From contig JBHYGA010000001.1 in the NCBI GenBank assembly GCA_051859245.1, forward strand, positions 1,149,722 through 1,213,721: a stretch of 64,000 bases of DNA, written 5' to 3'. Positions 18,965-28,597 of this stretch are shown here, in pieces. Each line of letters begins with the position of its first letter. Positions within the stretch are counted from its first letter, which is position 1. The notes under the pieces were generated by a model. The model searched no databases. It was not told where the DNA came from and saw only the letters and a program-made list of their open reading frames with translations. The position numbers were made by a program, and so were the translations under genes. The DNA is from Gemmatimonadaceae bacterium (lineage in GTDB: Bacteria > Gemmatimonadota > Gemmatimonadetes > Gemmatimonadales > Gemmatimonadaceae).

Positions 18965-20856
18965 CCTTTCTCGCGCCGTTGTTGTTGACACTGGCGGCCT
19001 TCGCTGGTGTGCCGCTGCTCGTACATCTGCTGCGACGTCGGGTCACGCGTCGTGTCGAGTTTCCGGCCGTGCGCTTCCTGCTGCAGACGCAGCGCGAGCA
19101 CAGCCGTGAACGCGCCGTGCGCAATCGATTGCTGTTGTTGCTGCGATTGCTGGCGGTACTCGCGCTCGTTGCCGCCGCCGCTCGTCCGATTGCCAGTCTC
19201 GGGGGCACAGGACATCCGCCGCTCGCCGTGGCGATTGTGCTCGACCAGTCCATGAGCACGCGCGCGGTTGTCGAGGGCAGTACCATGCTCTCGCGACTTC
19301 AGCAGGCAGCGCAGAGCATCACGACGCAGCTCGCACCAGATGATCGCGCGTGGCTGGTCACGAACGGTGGCAGCGTGGTGGCGGGAGACGCGACGACGCT
19401 CAACGCAGCCATCGACACCCTGCGGCCGCTGGCCGGTCAAGGTGATCTCGCCGGCGCGGTACGTCGCGCGGCCGCACTCGTGGCCGCTGGTGCTCCGCGC
19501 ACTCCTGTGATTGTGGTGTTAACCGACGGACAGCACGCGGCGCTCGATACGACTATCACTGTTGATGACATCGCCGTTGTCGTCCACGCGCCTGACGTGA
19601 CGATTGCGCAAAATCGCGTCGTGCACGATGTGCGCGTTGAACCGGCGCGATGGGTGCCAGGTGGACGATTGTCGATCTCGCTGAGCGCACCTGATTCCGC
19701 CGCGTGGCGCGTTGTGCTCGGCGACCGAACAGTGTCTCGCGGTGTCGCCGCCGCGGCCGATTTCTCAGCACCACAGCAGTTTACGGTCGTCGCACAAGCC
19801 GAAGATTCCGGTTGGGTGACTGGTCGCGTTGAAGTGGATGCCGACGACTATCCGGGAGACGACGCGCGCGCGTTCGCCGTGCTTGCTGGTGCACCACCCT
19901 CGGTGGTGGTGCAACCGTCGGCGGGTCCGTTTGTGGATGCGGCGGTTGATGTGCTCGTCGCCGATGGTCGACTTCGTCGCAGCGTGTCGGCAGCCGGTGC
20001 GTCCGTGGTTGTGGCCAGCGCCACGGACGACATCACGCAATCGGCGCTTCGCCTGGCGCCGCTCGATCCGTTGCAGCTCGTATCGGCGAATCGTGCGCTG
20101 GAACGTGCGGGTATTCCGTGGCGATTCGGCGCGGTGCGACGCGATACTGTCTTGGTCGAGGATGCCTTGCAGAACGCGGAGCTTGAGCCACGAGCGAGTC
20201 TTGCCGGCACGCGCGTCACCATGCGCTATCGTCTCGAGCGTGTTGCGACAACAGCGGCAACGGCAGATTCGGGAGTTGTGCTCGCAACCGCTGGCGGACA
20301 GCCGTGGATTGTGGCGGGCAGCAGTTACGTGCTCATGGGTTCTCCGCTCAATGTGACCGCGACCAACGCGCCCGTGCTCGCGGCCTTTGTGCCCTGGCTT
20401 CGTGATGTGGTCACGCAGCGCCTGAGTGATGGGGGCACGCTGGCGTCGGCGGCGCCCAATGACACCATGGCCATGCCGGTGCTGGCCGATTCTTTACGCT
20501 ATCCGGATGGCTCGCAGTTGCCGCTCGCTGGTGGACGCCTCGTCGTACCGGACGCGACAGGTGTTTACCTTTTCCGCAGAGGAGCGCGCACCGTAGGCGC
20601 GTTGGTGGTCAATGCGGAAGTCGAGGAGTCCGACGTGGTGTCGTGGGGTGGAGAAATTTGGCAGGACAAGATTGCGGGCGCCGACGTGCAGCTTGAGCCG
20701 CGTGCCGCGAGTGTTGCTGACACCGTGTTCGATCGATCGGGTGGACGTTCGCTCACATGGCCGCTCGTGGCCTTGGCGGCACTCGCACTCTTCGCCGAAG
20801 CGCTGATCGCGCGCGGTGTGTTCGCTCCGCGATCGACACACGCGGTGCACGCGTGA
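18961..20856 (+). CDS. BatA-domain / vWA membrane protein
   Basis: TFLAPLLL...PLLVHLLRRR...FPAVRFL BatA N-terminus; MIDAS DQSMS, LTDG; C-terminal TM. Confidence 0.88.
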   Translation: MTFLAPLLLTLAAFAGVPLLVHLLRRRVTRRVEFPAVRFLLQTQREHSRERAVRNRLLLLLRLLAVLALVAAAARPIASLGGTGHPPLAVAIVLDQSMSTRAVVEGSTMLSRLQQAAQSITTQLAPDDRAWLVTNGGSVVAGDATTLNAAIDTLRPLAGQGDLAGAVRRAAALVAAGAPRTPVIVVLTDGQHAALDTTITVDDIAVVVHAPDVTIAQNRVVHDVRVEPARWVPGGRLSISLSAPDSAAWRVVLGDRTVSRGVAAAADFSAPQQFTVVAQAEDSGWVTGRVEVDADDYPGDDARAFAVLAGAPPSVVVQPSAGPFVDAAVDVLVADGRLRRSVSAAGASVVVASATDDITQSALRLAPLDPLQLVSANRALERAGIPWRFGAVRRDTVLVEDALQNAELEPRASLAGTRVTMRYRLERVATTAATADSGVVLATAGGQPWIVAGSSYVLMGSPLNVTATNAPVLAAFVPWLRDVVTQRLSDGGTLASAAPNDTMAMPVLADSLRYPDGSQLPLAGGRLVVPDATGVYLFRRGARTVGALVVNAEVEESDVVSWGGEIWQDKIAGADVQLEPRAASVADTVFDRSGGRSLTWPLVALAALALFAEALIARGVFAPRSTHAVHA

Positions 20857-20890
20857 TTCGCTCAACAGTTCGATTGCTGGGCAACTGACG

Positions 20891-23800
20891 GTGGCGCTTC
20901 CTCGCTTGATCGATGGGCTGGCCGGATTACCGGCGTTTCACGAAACGCGTGACCAGCTGCCGGCCCCAGGCTACGAGCTTCGTGTTGGCGGCCTTGTGGG
21001 TTCTGCCGACGCAGTGCTCGTCGCCGCGCTCGCGCGCGCGTTACCACAACGTGCCTTTGTGGTGGTCGCGGATCAGTTGGCCGAGGCGGAACGCTGGTTG
21101 GCCGACCTGCAAACGCTCGTCGATGACGTGCCGGTCGCGCTCTATCCGCCGCGCGAAGGATTCGGCGAAGTCGAGCCGCATGCCGAGGTCGCGGGCGAGC
21201 GTGTGGAAACGCTGGAGCGACTTGGTCGCAGTGACGTGCGCGTATTGCTCACAACATCGCGCGCATTGCTTGAGCGCACCGCGTTGCCAGGGGCACTGCG
21301 TGGAGCACGTGTTGAGCTGCGCAAAGGTGATGTGCGCCGCCCTGAGGAGCTCGCGGCACATCTCGAGTCGATCGGCTTTGAGCGCGTGTCGATGGTCGAA
21401 GACGTCGCGCAGTTCTCCGTGCGCGGCGGCATTTTTGACGTGTACAGCTTTGGCATGGCCGAGCCGGTGCGTCTTGAGTTCTGGGGCAATGAAATCACTG
21501 AGCTTCGGCACTTTGATCTGAATACGCAGCGCACCACACGACCGGCGCAGTTTGCGCTTGTGTTGCCCGTTGACGGTCGTGTGAAGGAAATGGAAGGTGG
21601 CACCGAGCGTGTCTCACTGGTGGAGCTGTTCGGACCCGACACGATTGTCGTGTTGCCCGCAGGCACATCGGTACGACCGGAGCTGCAGCGCACCTGGGAC
21701 GAAAGCGCGCATCACATTGAACTCGCACGTCGCCGTGGTGAAGAAGCGCCGCCGCGCGATGTGCTCTTTCGCAGCCCGCACGAAATCAGTGGTGCGCTGT
21801 CGCGATTCAGCACGATTCGTGTGGTCGGCGCAGCAACGGCTTCGAGCACCAAGCCGGTGCGGCGTTCGCGTGATGATGAAGACGCACCGGTGGTGCAGGC
21901 GGCCGACGAGTCGCTCAAGCCAGACGTTCGTTTTGCACTGAGCGCGCCGGAATCGATTTCACGAGACCTGCGCGTGCTGCGCCGCCTGGTGCGCGACGGC
22001 TTGCCCACAGTGATTCTGTGCGACAACGCCGGTCAGTCCGAACGCCTCGACGAGTTGCTCGGCGAAGACGGTCCCACGCCGGCGGCACTGACGATTGGTG
22101 TCCTCGATGGCGGGTTCGTGGTGCCGGGCCGTCTGCGCGTGCTCACCGACCATGAGATTTTCCGTCGTGATCGCCGACTGCGTCGCGCGCGCCGTTACGG
22201 AACGGGTGCCGCGCTCGACACCATCGGCGCGCTCAAGATCGGTGATTACGTCGTGCATCTTGAGCACGGTATCGGCATCTATCGCGGTATCGAGCGCGTG
22301 TTCTTCCGCGAACAAACCATCGAAGCGGCGGTGATCGAATACGAGGGCGGTGATCGCCTGAACATTCCGTTGTACCGTATTGATCAGATCGAACGCTATC
22401 GATCGGCCAGCGATCTCGGCGGCGATATGCCACCGCCGCGTTTGCATCGCCTCGGCGGCAAGAAGTGGGCGCAGCAGCGAGACAAAACGCGCGCCGCCAT
22501 TTTTGAGATGACGCAGGAGCTGCTTGAGCTCTACGCGCGTCGCAAGGTGGCCGCGCGTCCGTCACACGCTCCCGATGGCGCGTGGCAGCGTCAACTCGAA
22601 AGTTCGTTCCTGTTTGAGGACACGCCTGATCAGCGCAAAGCGACAGACGATGTGAAGCGTGATATGGAAGGCGAGCGCCCCATGGATCGCTTGCTGGTGG
22701 GCGACGTCGGCTATGGCAAAACGGAAATCGCCATTCGCGCCGCGTTCAAGGCGGTGCAAAACGGGCGACAGGTGGCTGTGCTGGTGCCAACCACGATCCT
22801 CGCCGAACAGCACGGGCGCAGCTTCAGCGATCGTCTCGCAGATTTTCCAGTGCGCGTTGAGGTCATGTCACGTTTCCAGACCGCGAAGGAGCAAGCCGCT
22901 GTTGTGGACGCGCTCAAGTCTGGAAAAATCGACATTGTGATTGGTACGCATCGACTGCTGTCGCCCGACGTGTCGTTCTCACGTCTCGGTTTGATTGTCG
23001 TGGACGAAGAGCATCGCTTTGGCGTGAAGCACAAAGAACGTCTCAAACAGCTCAAGCTCGAGACCGACGTGCTCACGCTCACGGCCACTCCGATCCCGCG
23101 CACGCTGCATCAGTCACTCGCCGGTTTGCGCGATATGACGCTCATGCAAACCGCGCCACGCGATCGTTCGCCCGTGCTCACCTTCGTGGAGCCGTGGGAC
23201 GATGGGTTGCTCGAAGAAGGCATTTCGCGCGAGCTCGATCGTGGCGGTCAGGTGTTCTTCGTCCACAATCGCATCGAAACCATCATCGCGATTGCGGATC
23301 ATCTGCAGCGTCTCGTGCCACGCGCGCGCATTGCCGTTGGTCATGGGCAAATGAAGGAACGCGAGCTCGAAGCGGTGATGAAACAGTTCGTGTCGGGCGA
23401 GGTGGACATTCTGGTGTCCACGTTGATCGTGGAAAGCGGACTCGACGTGCCCAACGCCAACACCATGTTCGTAAACCGGGCTGATCACTTCGGCCTGGCG
23501 CAGCTGTATCAGCTCCGCGGACGTGTGGGACGCTCGCATCGGCGTGCCTACTGCTATCTGATTGCTCCCGACCAGATCGATGTCGACGCCGAGCGTCGAT
23601 TGCAGGTGTTGGAGCACCACACGGAACTGGGCTCCGGCTATCGCGTCGCACTCAAAGACATGGAGCTGCGTGGCGCGGGCAACCTGCTCGGCGCCGAGCA
23701 GTCGGGCTTTGTGCACTCGGTCGGCTTTGACCTCTATCTGCGGCTGCTCGACGAGACGGTGCGTCAGCTGTCGCAGGAAGATGGTGCCCGTCCTTTTGTA

Positions 23801-24235
23801 CCGGCCGACGTGTCGCTGGACCAGCCGGCCTATCTGCCAGACGACTTCATTCCAGCCCAGGACGCCAAACTCGACATCTATCGACGTCTCACGGCGTGTC
23901 GTATGGCGGGTGCAATCGACGAGCTCCGGGCGGAAACCCGGGACCGTTTTGGTCCACTGCCTCCGCCGGCGGAGGCGCTGTTCGCGAGCACCCTTTTGCG
24001 CGTACTTGGCGCCGCCATCGGCGTGGACGGGGTGCTTGTGCGAGGGTCCGATGCCCGTGTTAACTTTCGATCTGATGCGGTGCCTCGACTGAAGGGGCTC
24101 TCCGCCGCCTTCCACGACGTGCAGTTTCAGGTAGATGTGCGGCGGACGAATCCGCTTGCGCTCAAGCTTACCCGGCTCGGCGGCGCGGAAATGCTCGACG
24201 GTTTGGTGCGCGCATTGCGCGCGCTGAACGTGTGA
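20891..24235 (+). CDS. mfd: Transcription-repair coupling factor
   Basis: FSVRGGIFD, GDYVVHLEHGIG (RID), GDVGYGKTE, VDEEHRFGV, QLRGRVGRS, DMELRGAGNLLG. Confidence 0.98.
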   Translation: MALPRLIDGLAGLPAFHETRDQLPAPGYELRVGGLVGSADAVLVAALARALPQRAFVVVADQLAEAERWLADLQTLVDDVPVALYPPREGFGEVEPHAEVAGERVETLERLGRSDVRVLLTTSRALLERTALPGALRGARVELRKGDVRRPEELAAHLESIGFERVSMVEDVAQFSVRGGIFDVYSFGMAEPVRLEFWGNEITELRHFDLNTQRTTRPAQFALVLPVDGRVKEMEGGTERVSLVELFGPDTIVVLPAGTSVRPELQRTWDESAHHIELARRRGEEAPPRDVLFRSPHEISGALSRFSTIRVVGAATASSTKPVRRSRDDEDAPVVQAADESLKPDVRFALSAPESISRDLRVLRRLVRDGLPTVILCDNAGQSERLDELLGEDGPTPAALTIGVLDGGFVVPGRLRVLTDHEIFRRDRRLRRARRYGTGAALDTIGALKIGDYVVHLEHGIGIYRGIERVFFREQTIEAAVIEYEGGDRLNIPLYRIDQIERYRSASDLGGDMPPPRLHRLGGKKWAQQRDKTRAAIFEMTQELLELYARRKVAARPSHAPDGAWQRQLESSFLFEDTPDQRKATDDVKRDMEGERPMDRLLVGDVGYGKTEIAIRAAFKAVQNGRQVAVLVPTTILAEQHGRSFSDRLADFPVRVEVMSRFQTAKEQAAVVDALKSGKIDIVIGTHRLLSPDVSFSRLGLIVVDEEHRFGVKHKERLKQLKLETDVLTLTATPIPRTLHQSLAGLRDMTLMQTAPRDRSPVLTFVEPWDDGLLEEGISRELDRGGQVFFVHNRIETIIAIADHLQRLVPRARIAVGHGQMKERELEAVMKQFVSGEVDILVSTLIVESGLDVPNANTMFVNRADHFGLAQLYQLRGRVGRSHRRAYCYLIAPDQIDVDAERRLQVLEHHTELGSGYRVALKDMELRGAGNLLGAEQSGFVHSVGFDLYLRLLDETVRQLSQEDGARPFVPADVSLDQPAYLPDDFIPAQDAKLDIYRRLTACRMAGAIDELRAETRDRFGPLPPPAEALFASTLLRVLGAAIGVDGVLVRGSDARVNFRSDAVPRLKGLSAAFHDVQFQVDVRRTNPLALKLTRLGGAEMLDGLVRALRALNV

Positions 24236-24329
24236 TCTGTTCAATCATGTGTATGTCCTTCCTCACCACGGGCCTTTGTGGTCGGGCGCGGCTTGTCCCG
24301 CCCTATTCCCGGAATTCGGAGTTGTGTCG

Positions 24330-25769
24330 ATGAAACGGTATCGTGTTCCTGTTGTGGCGGTTTTCGCCGCTGCAACCATTGCAGCAGCGTGCGGTGCAGA
24401 TGGTGGCGCGGATACCGCAGCCAAAGTTGGAACGCAGGAGCTCACCACGACGCAGCTCGCGGAAATCATGAGCACGTCGCAGGCGCCACTGGAAACCGAA
24501 GTCGCGCGCAGCATTGCCGAGTTGTGGGTGAACTACCAGCTCGCCGGCATCGCAGCCGCGCGCGGCGATACGGTCACCAGCCCCGCCGAAATGGACGCGG
24601 GTTTGTGGTCGGCCATCGACAACATGCGTGTGAAGACGCTGTACGAGCAGGTCTCCAAGACCTGGACTCCCGATACCAGCGTCTCAGCGCAGGCGCGCTA
24701 TGACGCAGGCGAACTGATGTCGGCGCGTCATATCCTCGTGCAGGTGGCGCAGGACGCCGAAGGTCCGGCCGTTGAAGCCGCCCGCAAGAAAGCGGAAGGC
24801 ATTCGCGCTGAAGCCACCCCGGCCAACTTTGTGCGTCTCGCGGCTCGCACCGAAGAGCCCGGCGGCGGTGATCGCGGCGGAGACCTTGGTGTGTTCCCCA
24901 AGGGTGCCATGGTCGCTGACTTTGAGAACGCCGTGCTGGCCCTCAAGCCCGGCGAGATCTCGCCGGTCGTGCGCACGTCGTTCGGCTTTCACGTGATCTA
25001 CCGCAAGCCGTATTCGGAAGTGGCCGGTGAAGTGCAGGCGCAGGCGAACCAGCGTGGCATGGTGGTGGCCGAAAGCCTCTATCTGGCCAAGATGGAACAG
25101 GCCGCCGGTGTGAAGCTGAGCGACAATGCCGCGGGCACCGTCAAAGACATCGCGCGCAATCCGATCGGCTTCCGCACGAACAACACCACGCTGGCCGAGT
25201 TCAAGGGCGGCAAGCTGACGGCCGCGCGTCTCGCAGATTGGGTGGCTGCGTATCCGCCGCAGGCACAGCTGCGCCCGCAGCTGATTGCGGCGCCGGACAG
25301 CATTGCCACGAAGTTCGTGGACCAGATCGTACGCAACGAGTTGCTGCTCAAGATGGCCGATAGTGCAAAGATTGCGGTGGACACGGCCGAGCTCACCAAT
25401 CTGCGCATGGCGTTCCGCAACAACCTCACCATGGCGTGGACCACCATGGGTGTGGAGCCCGCGTCGCTGAGCGATTCGGCGAAGACGCCGGCCGAGCGCG
25501 AGACGCTCGTTGGCGGTCGCATCAACGCGTACTTCCAGAAGCTCGTCAAGAACGAAGTGCAGTTTGCTGACGTCGCCTACCCGGTGGCTCGCGCGCTGCA
25601 GTCCAAATACGAGTTCAACATCAATGATGTGGGTCTTGAGCGCGCGGTCGAAGCGGCCAAGGCGCTGCGTGCCAAAGCAGACTCGGCGGCACCGCCACCG
25701 GCCGTTCCGGGGATGACCACGCCGATGCCAGCAGACAGCGGCACCACACCGCCGCCGCCGTCGAACTAA
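24330..25769 (+). CDS. Lipoprotein peptidyl-prolyl isomerase (PpiC/parvulin domain)
   Basis: Lipobox IAAAC; SARHILV, GGDLGVF..GAMVADFE, SPVVRTSFGFHVI. Confidence 0.9.
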   Translation: MKRYRVPVVAVFAAATIAAACGADGGADTAAKVGTQELTTTQLAEIMSTSQAPLETEVARSIAELWVNYQLAGIAAARGDTVTSPAEMDAGLWSAIDNMRVKTLYEQVSKTWTPDTSVSAQARYDAGELMSARHILVQVAQDAEGPAVEAARKKAEGIRAEATPANFVRLAARTEEPGGGDRGGDLGVFPKGAMVADFENAVLALKPGEISPVVRTSFGFHVIYRKPYSEVAGEVQAQANQRGMVVAESLYLAKMEQAAGVKLSDNAAGTVKDIARNPIGFRTNNTTLAEFKGGKLTAARLADWVAAYPPQAQLRPQLIAAPDSIATKFVDQIVRNELLLKMADSAKIAVDTAELTNLRMAFRNNLTMAWTTMGVEPASLSDSAKTPAERETLVGGRINAYFQKLVKNEVQFADVAYPVARALQSKYEFNINDVGLERAVEAAKALRAKADSAAPPPAVPGMTTPMPADSGTTPPPPSN

Positions 25770-25794
25770 CGCAGATCGCACGGTGAATCATGCA

Positions 25795-25821
25795 CAGGGG
25801 CCGCTCACAAGGCGGTCCCTG
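25795..25821 (+). terminator. GC-rich hairpin between the two PPIase genes
   Basis: CAGGGGCCGC...GCGGTCCCTG stem with no U-tract, so it may be an mRNA-stabilising hairpin instead. Confidence 0.35.
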
Positions 25822-25878
25822 ATGCGTTCAGGGCACGTTTGGCCGCCTCGCGGTGTCGTATCTGGATAGATTCCACTC

Positions 25879-27261
25879 ATGACTCGTTTCCATACTCGCA
25901 TGCTTGTTCGCTCTGCCCGATTCTTCTCGATTGCCCTCGGCGCTGCCACGTTGCTGGGCGGTGTGTCAACGGCGGTTGCCGCGCAGGACCCGGCGCAGCG
26001 CGCGCCCGGTGCTCCGAGCATGGCGGCGCTCCCGCTTGATCGCATTGCGGCAGTTGTTGGCACCAAGGTGATTCTTGTGTCGGATATCGAGGCCGCGCTG
26101 GCCGCACAGCAAACGCCCATGCCGGCCGACTCCGCCGAACGTCGCGCATTGCAGCGGTCTGTGCTCGACCAGCTCATCGATGTGGAAGTGCTGATCCAGC
26201 GCGCCGAAAAGGACACGTCACTGTTGATCGACGAGCTCGAAGTGCAGCAACTCGCCGACGCGCAGATTGCGAAGGTGCGCGGCAACTTCCCGACCGACAA
26301 AGAGTATCGCGATGCGCTCGTTGAGGCTGGCTTTGGCACGCCCGATGATTACCGCGAAAAGCAGGTCACCGAAATTCGTCGTCGTCAGATGCAGGAAACG
26401 TACATCGCGCAGCTACGTCGTGATGGCAAGTTCGTCACGGTGAATGTGAGCGAAAAAGACGTGAACGCCGAGATCGAAAAGATGGGCGGAGAGCTGCCCG
26501 ATCGTCCGGCCACGATGGGATTTCAGCAGATCGTGGTGCCAACGATTCCCGGCGAAGAATCGCGCAAGCGTGCGCGCTCACTGATTGATTCGCTGTTCCT
26601 CGCGCTTCAGGACAAACCGACTGAGTTCGAAGAAGCAGCGCGCAAGTTTTCGCAGGATGGATCGGCCGAAAACGGCGGTGATTTGGGATGGAATCGTCGC
26701 GGGAACATGGTGCCCGAGTTTGACCGCGTCATGTTCATGCTCAATCCTGGTGTGGTGAGTCCGCCGGTGGAATCTCGCTACGGATGGCATCTCATTCGCG
26801 TGGATCGTGTGCAGCCAGCTGAAGTGAAGGCGCGTCACATCCTCATTCGTGCGGCCACCGATTCCACCGATGAACTGCGCGCCACACAGCTCGCCGACAG
26901 CGTGCGTGCGTTGTGGGACAGCGGCGTGTCGTTTGATTCGCTGCGTACGCGCTATCACGATGAGCGTAGCGGCGAGGATGCCATCATTCCCGAAGTGGCC
27001 GCCAAAGATCTGCCACCGGCCTATGCAACCGCGATCGGTTCATCGCCAGTTGGCACGCTGGTCGGACCATTTGCGATTGAAGACCAGGCGTCTGGGACGC
27101 GCAAGTTTGTGGTGCTGCGTCTGACGCGCATGCAGCCCGCGGGTAAAATGAGCATGGACGAAGCGCGCCGAAACCTGCGGCGCAGCATGCAGGAAGCGTA
27201 CAGCTTCCGCCGTATGCTCGACGCCATGCGCAAACAGACGTACGTATCCGTCAGGTTCTAG
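25879..27261 (+). CDS. surA: SurA-like periplasmic chaperone / PPIase
   Basis: DRIAAVVG..VILVSDI N-domain, parvulin domains (FSQDGSAENGGDLGW, YGWHLI, KARHILI); precedes pdxA as in other bacteria. Confidence 0.85.
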   Translation: MTRFHTRMLVRSARFFSIALGAATLLGGVSTAVAAQDPAQRAPGAPSMAALPLDRIAAVVGTKVILVSDIEAALAAQQTPMPADSAERRALQRSVLDQLIDVEVLIQRAEKDTSLLIDELEVQQLADAQIAKVRGNFPTDKEYRDALVEAGFGTPDDYREKQVTEIRRRQMQETYIAQLRRDGKFVTVNVSEKDVNAEIEKMGGELPDRPATMGFQQIVVPTIPGEESRKRARSLIDSLFLALQDKPTEFEEAARKFSQDGSAENGGDLGWNRRGNMVPEFDRVMFMLNPGVVSPPVESRYGWHLIRVDRVQPAEVKARHILIRAATDSTDELRATQLADSVRALWDSGVSFDSLRTRYHDERSGEDAIIPEVAAKDLPPAYATAIGSSPVGTLVGPFAIEDQASGTRKFVVLRLTRMQPAGKMSMDEARRNLRRSMQEAYSFRRMLDAMRKQTYVSVRF

Positions 27262-27301
27262 TGCGGCAGCACAACGCGCCACGCCGCTGGTAACGTCGCG
27301 C

Positions 27302-28216
27302 ATGCGTACGAAAGTGCTGGCGCTTACGCTGGGCGATCCGCGCGGCATTGGTCCTGAGCTGATCGCTGGCGTGTTGGTGCAAGACGTGTGGCGTGCGCTT
27401 GTTGGCGGTGCTGACATCACGCCGTTGGTGATTGGTCCGGAACAGGCCACCTGTGCGGTTCACGACTCGCTGGGCGTATGGAATCCAGCCGGTGATGCAG
27501 ACGCAGACCGCGCGCAGGCCGGCCGGTTTTCAGGACTCGCGATTGAACGCGCTGTTGCGCTCGCGCTGTCTGGCACGGTGAGCGGCATTGTCACCGCGCC
27601 CATCGATAAACGTGCGCTCGCCGACGGCGGTTACCACTACCCCGGTCACACCGAGATGCTGGCCGCGCTCACGGGGTGCGAGACCACCATGATGCTGGCC
27701 AGTGATCGTCTGCGTGTGGTGCTGGTCACCACGCACATTCCGCTGCGCGACGTGTCCGATGCCACAACCCACGAGCTGATCGTAGGCACCGCTGAGCGCA
27801 CGCGCACCGGATTGCAGCACGTGTTCAATATTGCCGAGCCGCGGTTGGCGCTCTGCGGACTGAATCCGCATCTCGGTGACGGCGGTCGATTCGGCAATGA
27901 AGACCACACCGTGCTGGAGCCCGCGGCGCGCGCTGCAGGCATCGCGGGTCCGTTCCCGGCGGACACCGTCTTCGTGCGCGCCATGCGCGGCGAGTTTGAT
28001 GCCGTGCTCGCGCCCGTGCACGATGTTGGCATGACGGCGATCAAAGTCGCGTCGTTCGGCAGCGGGGTGAACATCACGCTGGGGCTGCCGTTTCCCCGCA
28101 CCTCGCCGGATCACGGCACCGCGATCGACATTTCCGGGCAGGGCATCGCGGATGCGTCCAGCTTTCACGAGGCCGTACGCCTGGCGGCATCGATCGTGCG
28201 GCGGTCTCCCGGATAA
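27302..28216 (+). CDS. pdxA: 4-hydroxythreonine-4-phosphate dehydrogenase
   Basis: LGDPRGIGPE, TAPIDK, GHTE, TTHIPL, GLNPH, GPFPADT, GLPFPRTSPDHGTA. Confidence 0.95.
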   Translation: MRTKVLALTLGDPRGIGPELIAGVLVQDVWRALVGGADITPLVIGPEQATCAVHDSLGVWNPAGDADADRAQAGRFSGLAIERAVALALSGTVSGIVTAPIDKRALADGGYHYPGHTEMLAALTGCETTMMLASDRLRVVLVTTHIPLRDVSDATTHELIVGTAERTRTGLQHVFNIAEPRLALCGLNPHLGDGGRFGNEDHTVLEPAARAAGIAGPFPADTVFVRAMRGEFDAVLAPVHDVGMTAIKVASFGSGVNITLGLPFPRTSPDHGTAIDISGQGIADASSFHEAVRLAASIVRRSPG

Positions 28217-28223
28217 ACAGACA

Positions 28224-28263
28224 ACGCCCCGCAACGTATCCGGACGTTGCGGGGCGTGTTCTT
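28224..28263. terminator. Hairpin terminator between convergent pdxA and the small ORF
   Basis: 14-bp perfect stem ACGCCCCGCAACGT/ACGTTGCGGGGCGT, 6-nt loop, followed by GTTCTT. Confidence 0.75.
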
Positions 28264-28279
28264 GCGTCGGGGGTGGCGA

Positions 28280-28471
28280 TCAGCTGACGGGCGTGTCGGG
28301 CGGGGGAATCTCGTCGGCGGCGGCACTCTGCTCTCCGCGACGTCGTTCATACTCCGGGCGTTCGGCATAGCCGTACCCACCGAACACCTCCCCTCCGCGC
28401 ATCAGGTCGTGACCATATCCACGACCGGTGGGATAGCGGGGGGCACTGGCGATCTGGTCCTTCTCGTGCAT
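28280..28471 (-). CDS. Small hypothetical protein (63 aa, Gly/Tyr/charged)
   Basis: GGAGG Shine-Dalgarno 7 nt before the ATG; fills an otherwise empty gap; hairpin terminator downstream. Confidence 0.6.
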   Translation of the reverse strand: MHEKDQIASAPRYPTGRGYGHDLMRGGEVFGGYGYAERPEYERRRGEQSAAADEIPPPDTPVS

Positions 28472-28597
28472 CGGAATTCCTCCATGAAGACGAGTGGTCC
28501 TTCACGCTACGACGCACCGGCGGGCTTGGCAAGCACGAGTGTTACATGGCAGGCCCCCACTGCCACCTGACCACTGGGTAGGTTATCAATTAAGGCT

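Noticed and set aside
23114..25781. Long antisense and alternative-frame ORFs here and throughout the window
   Set aside because: Shadow ORFs typical of high-GC coding DNA, with no recognisable motifs.
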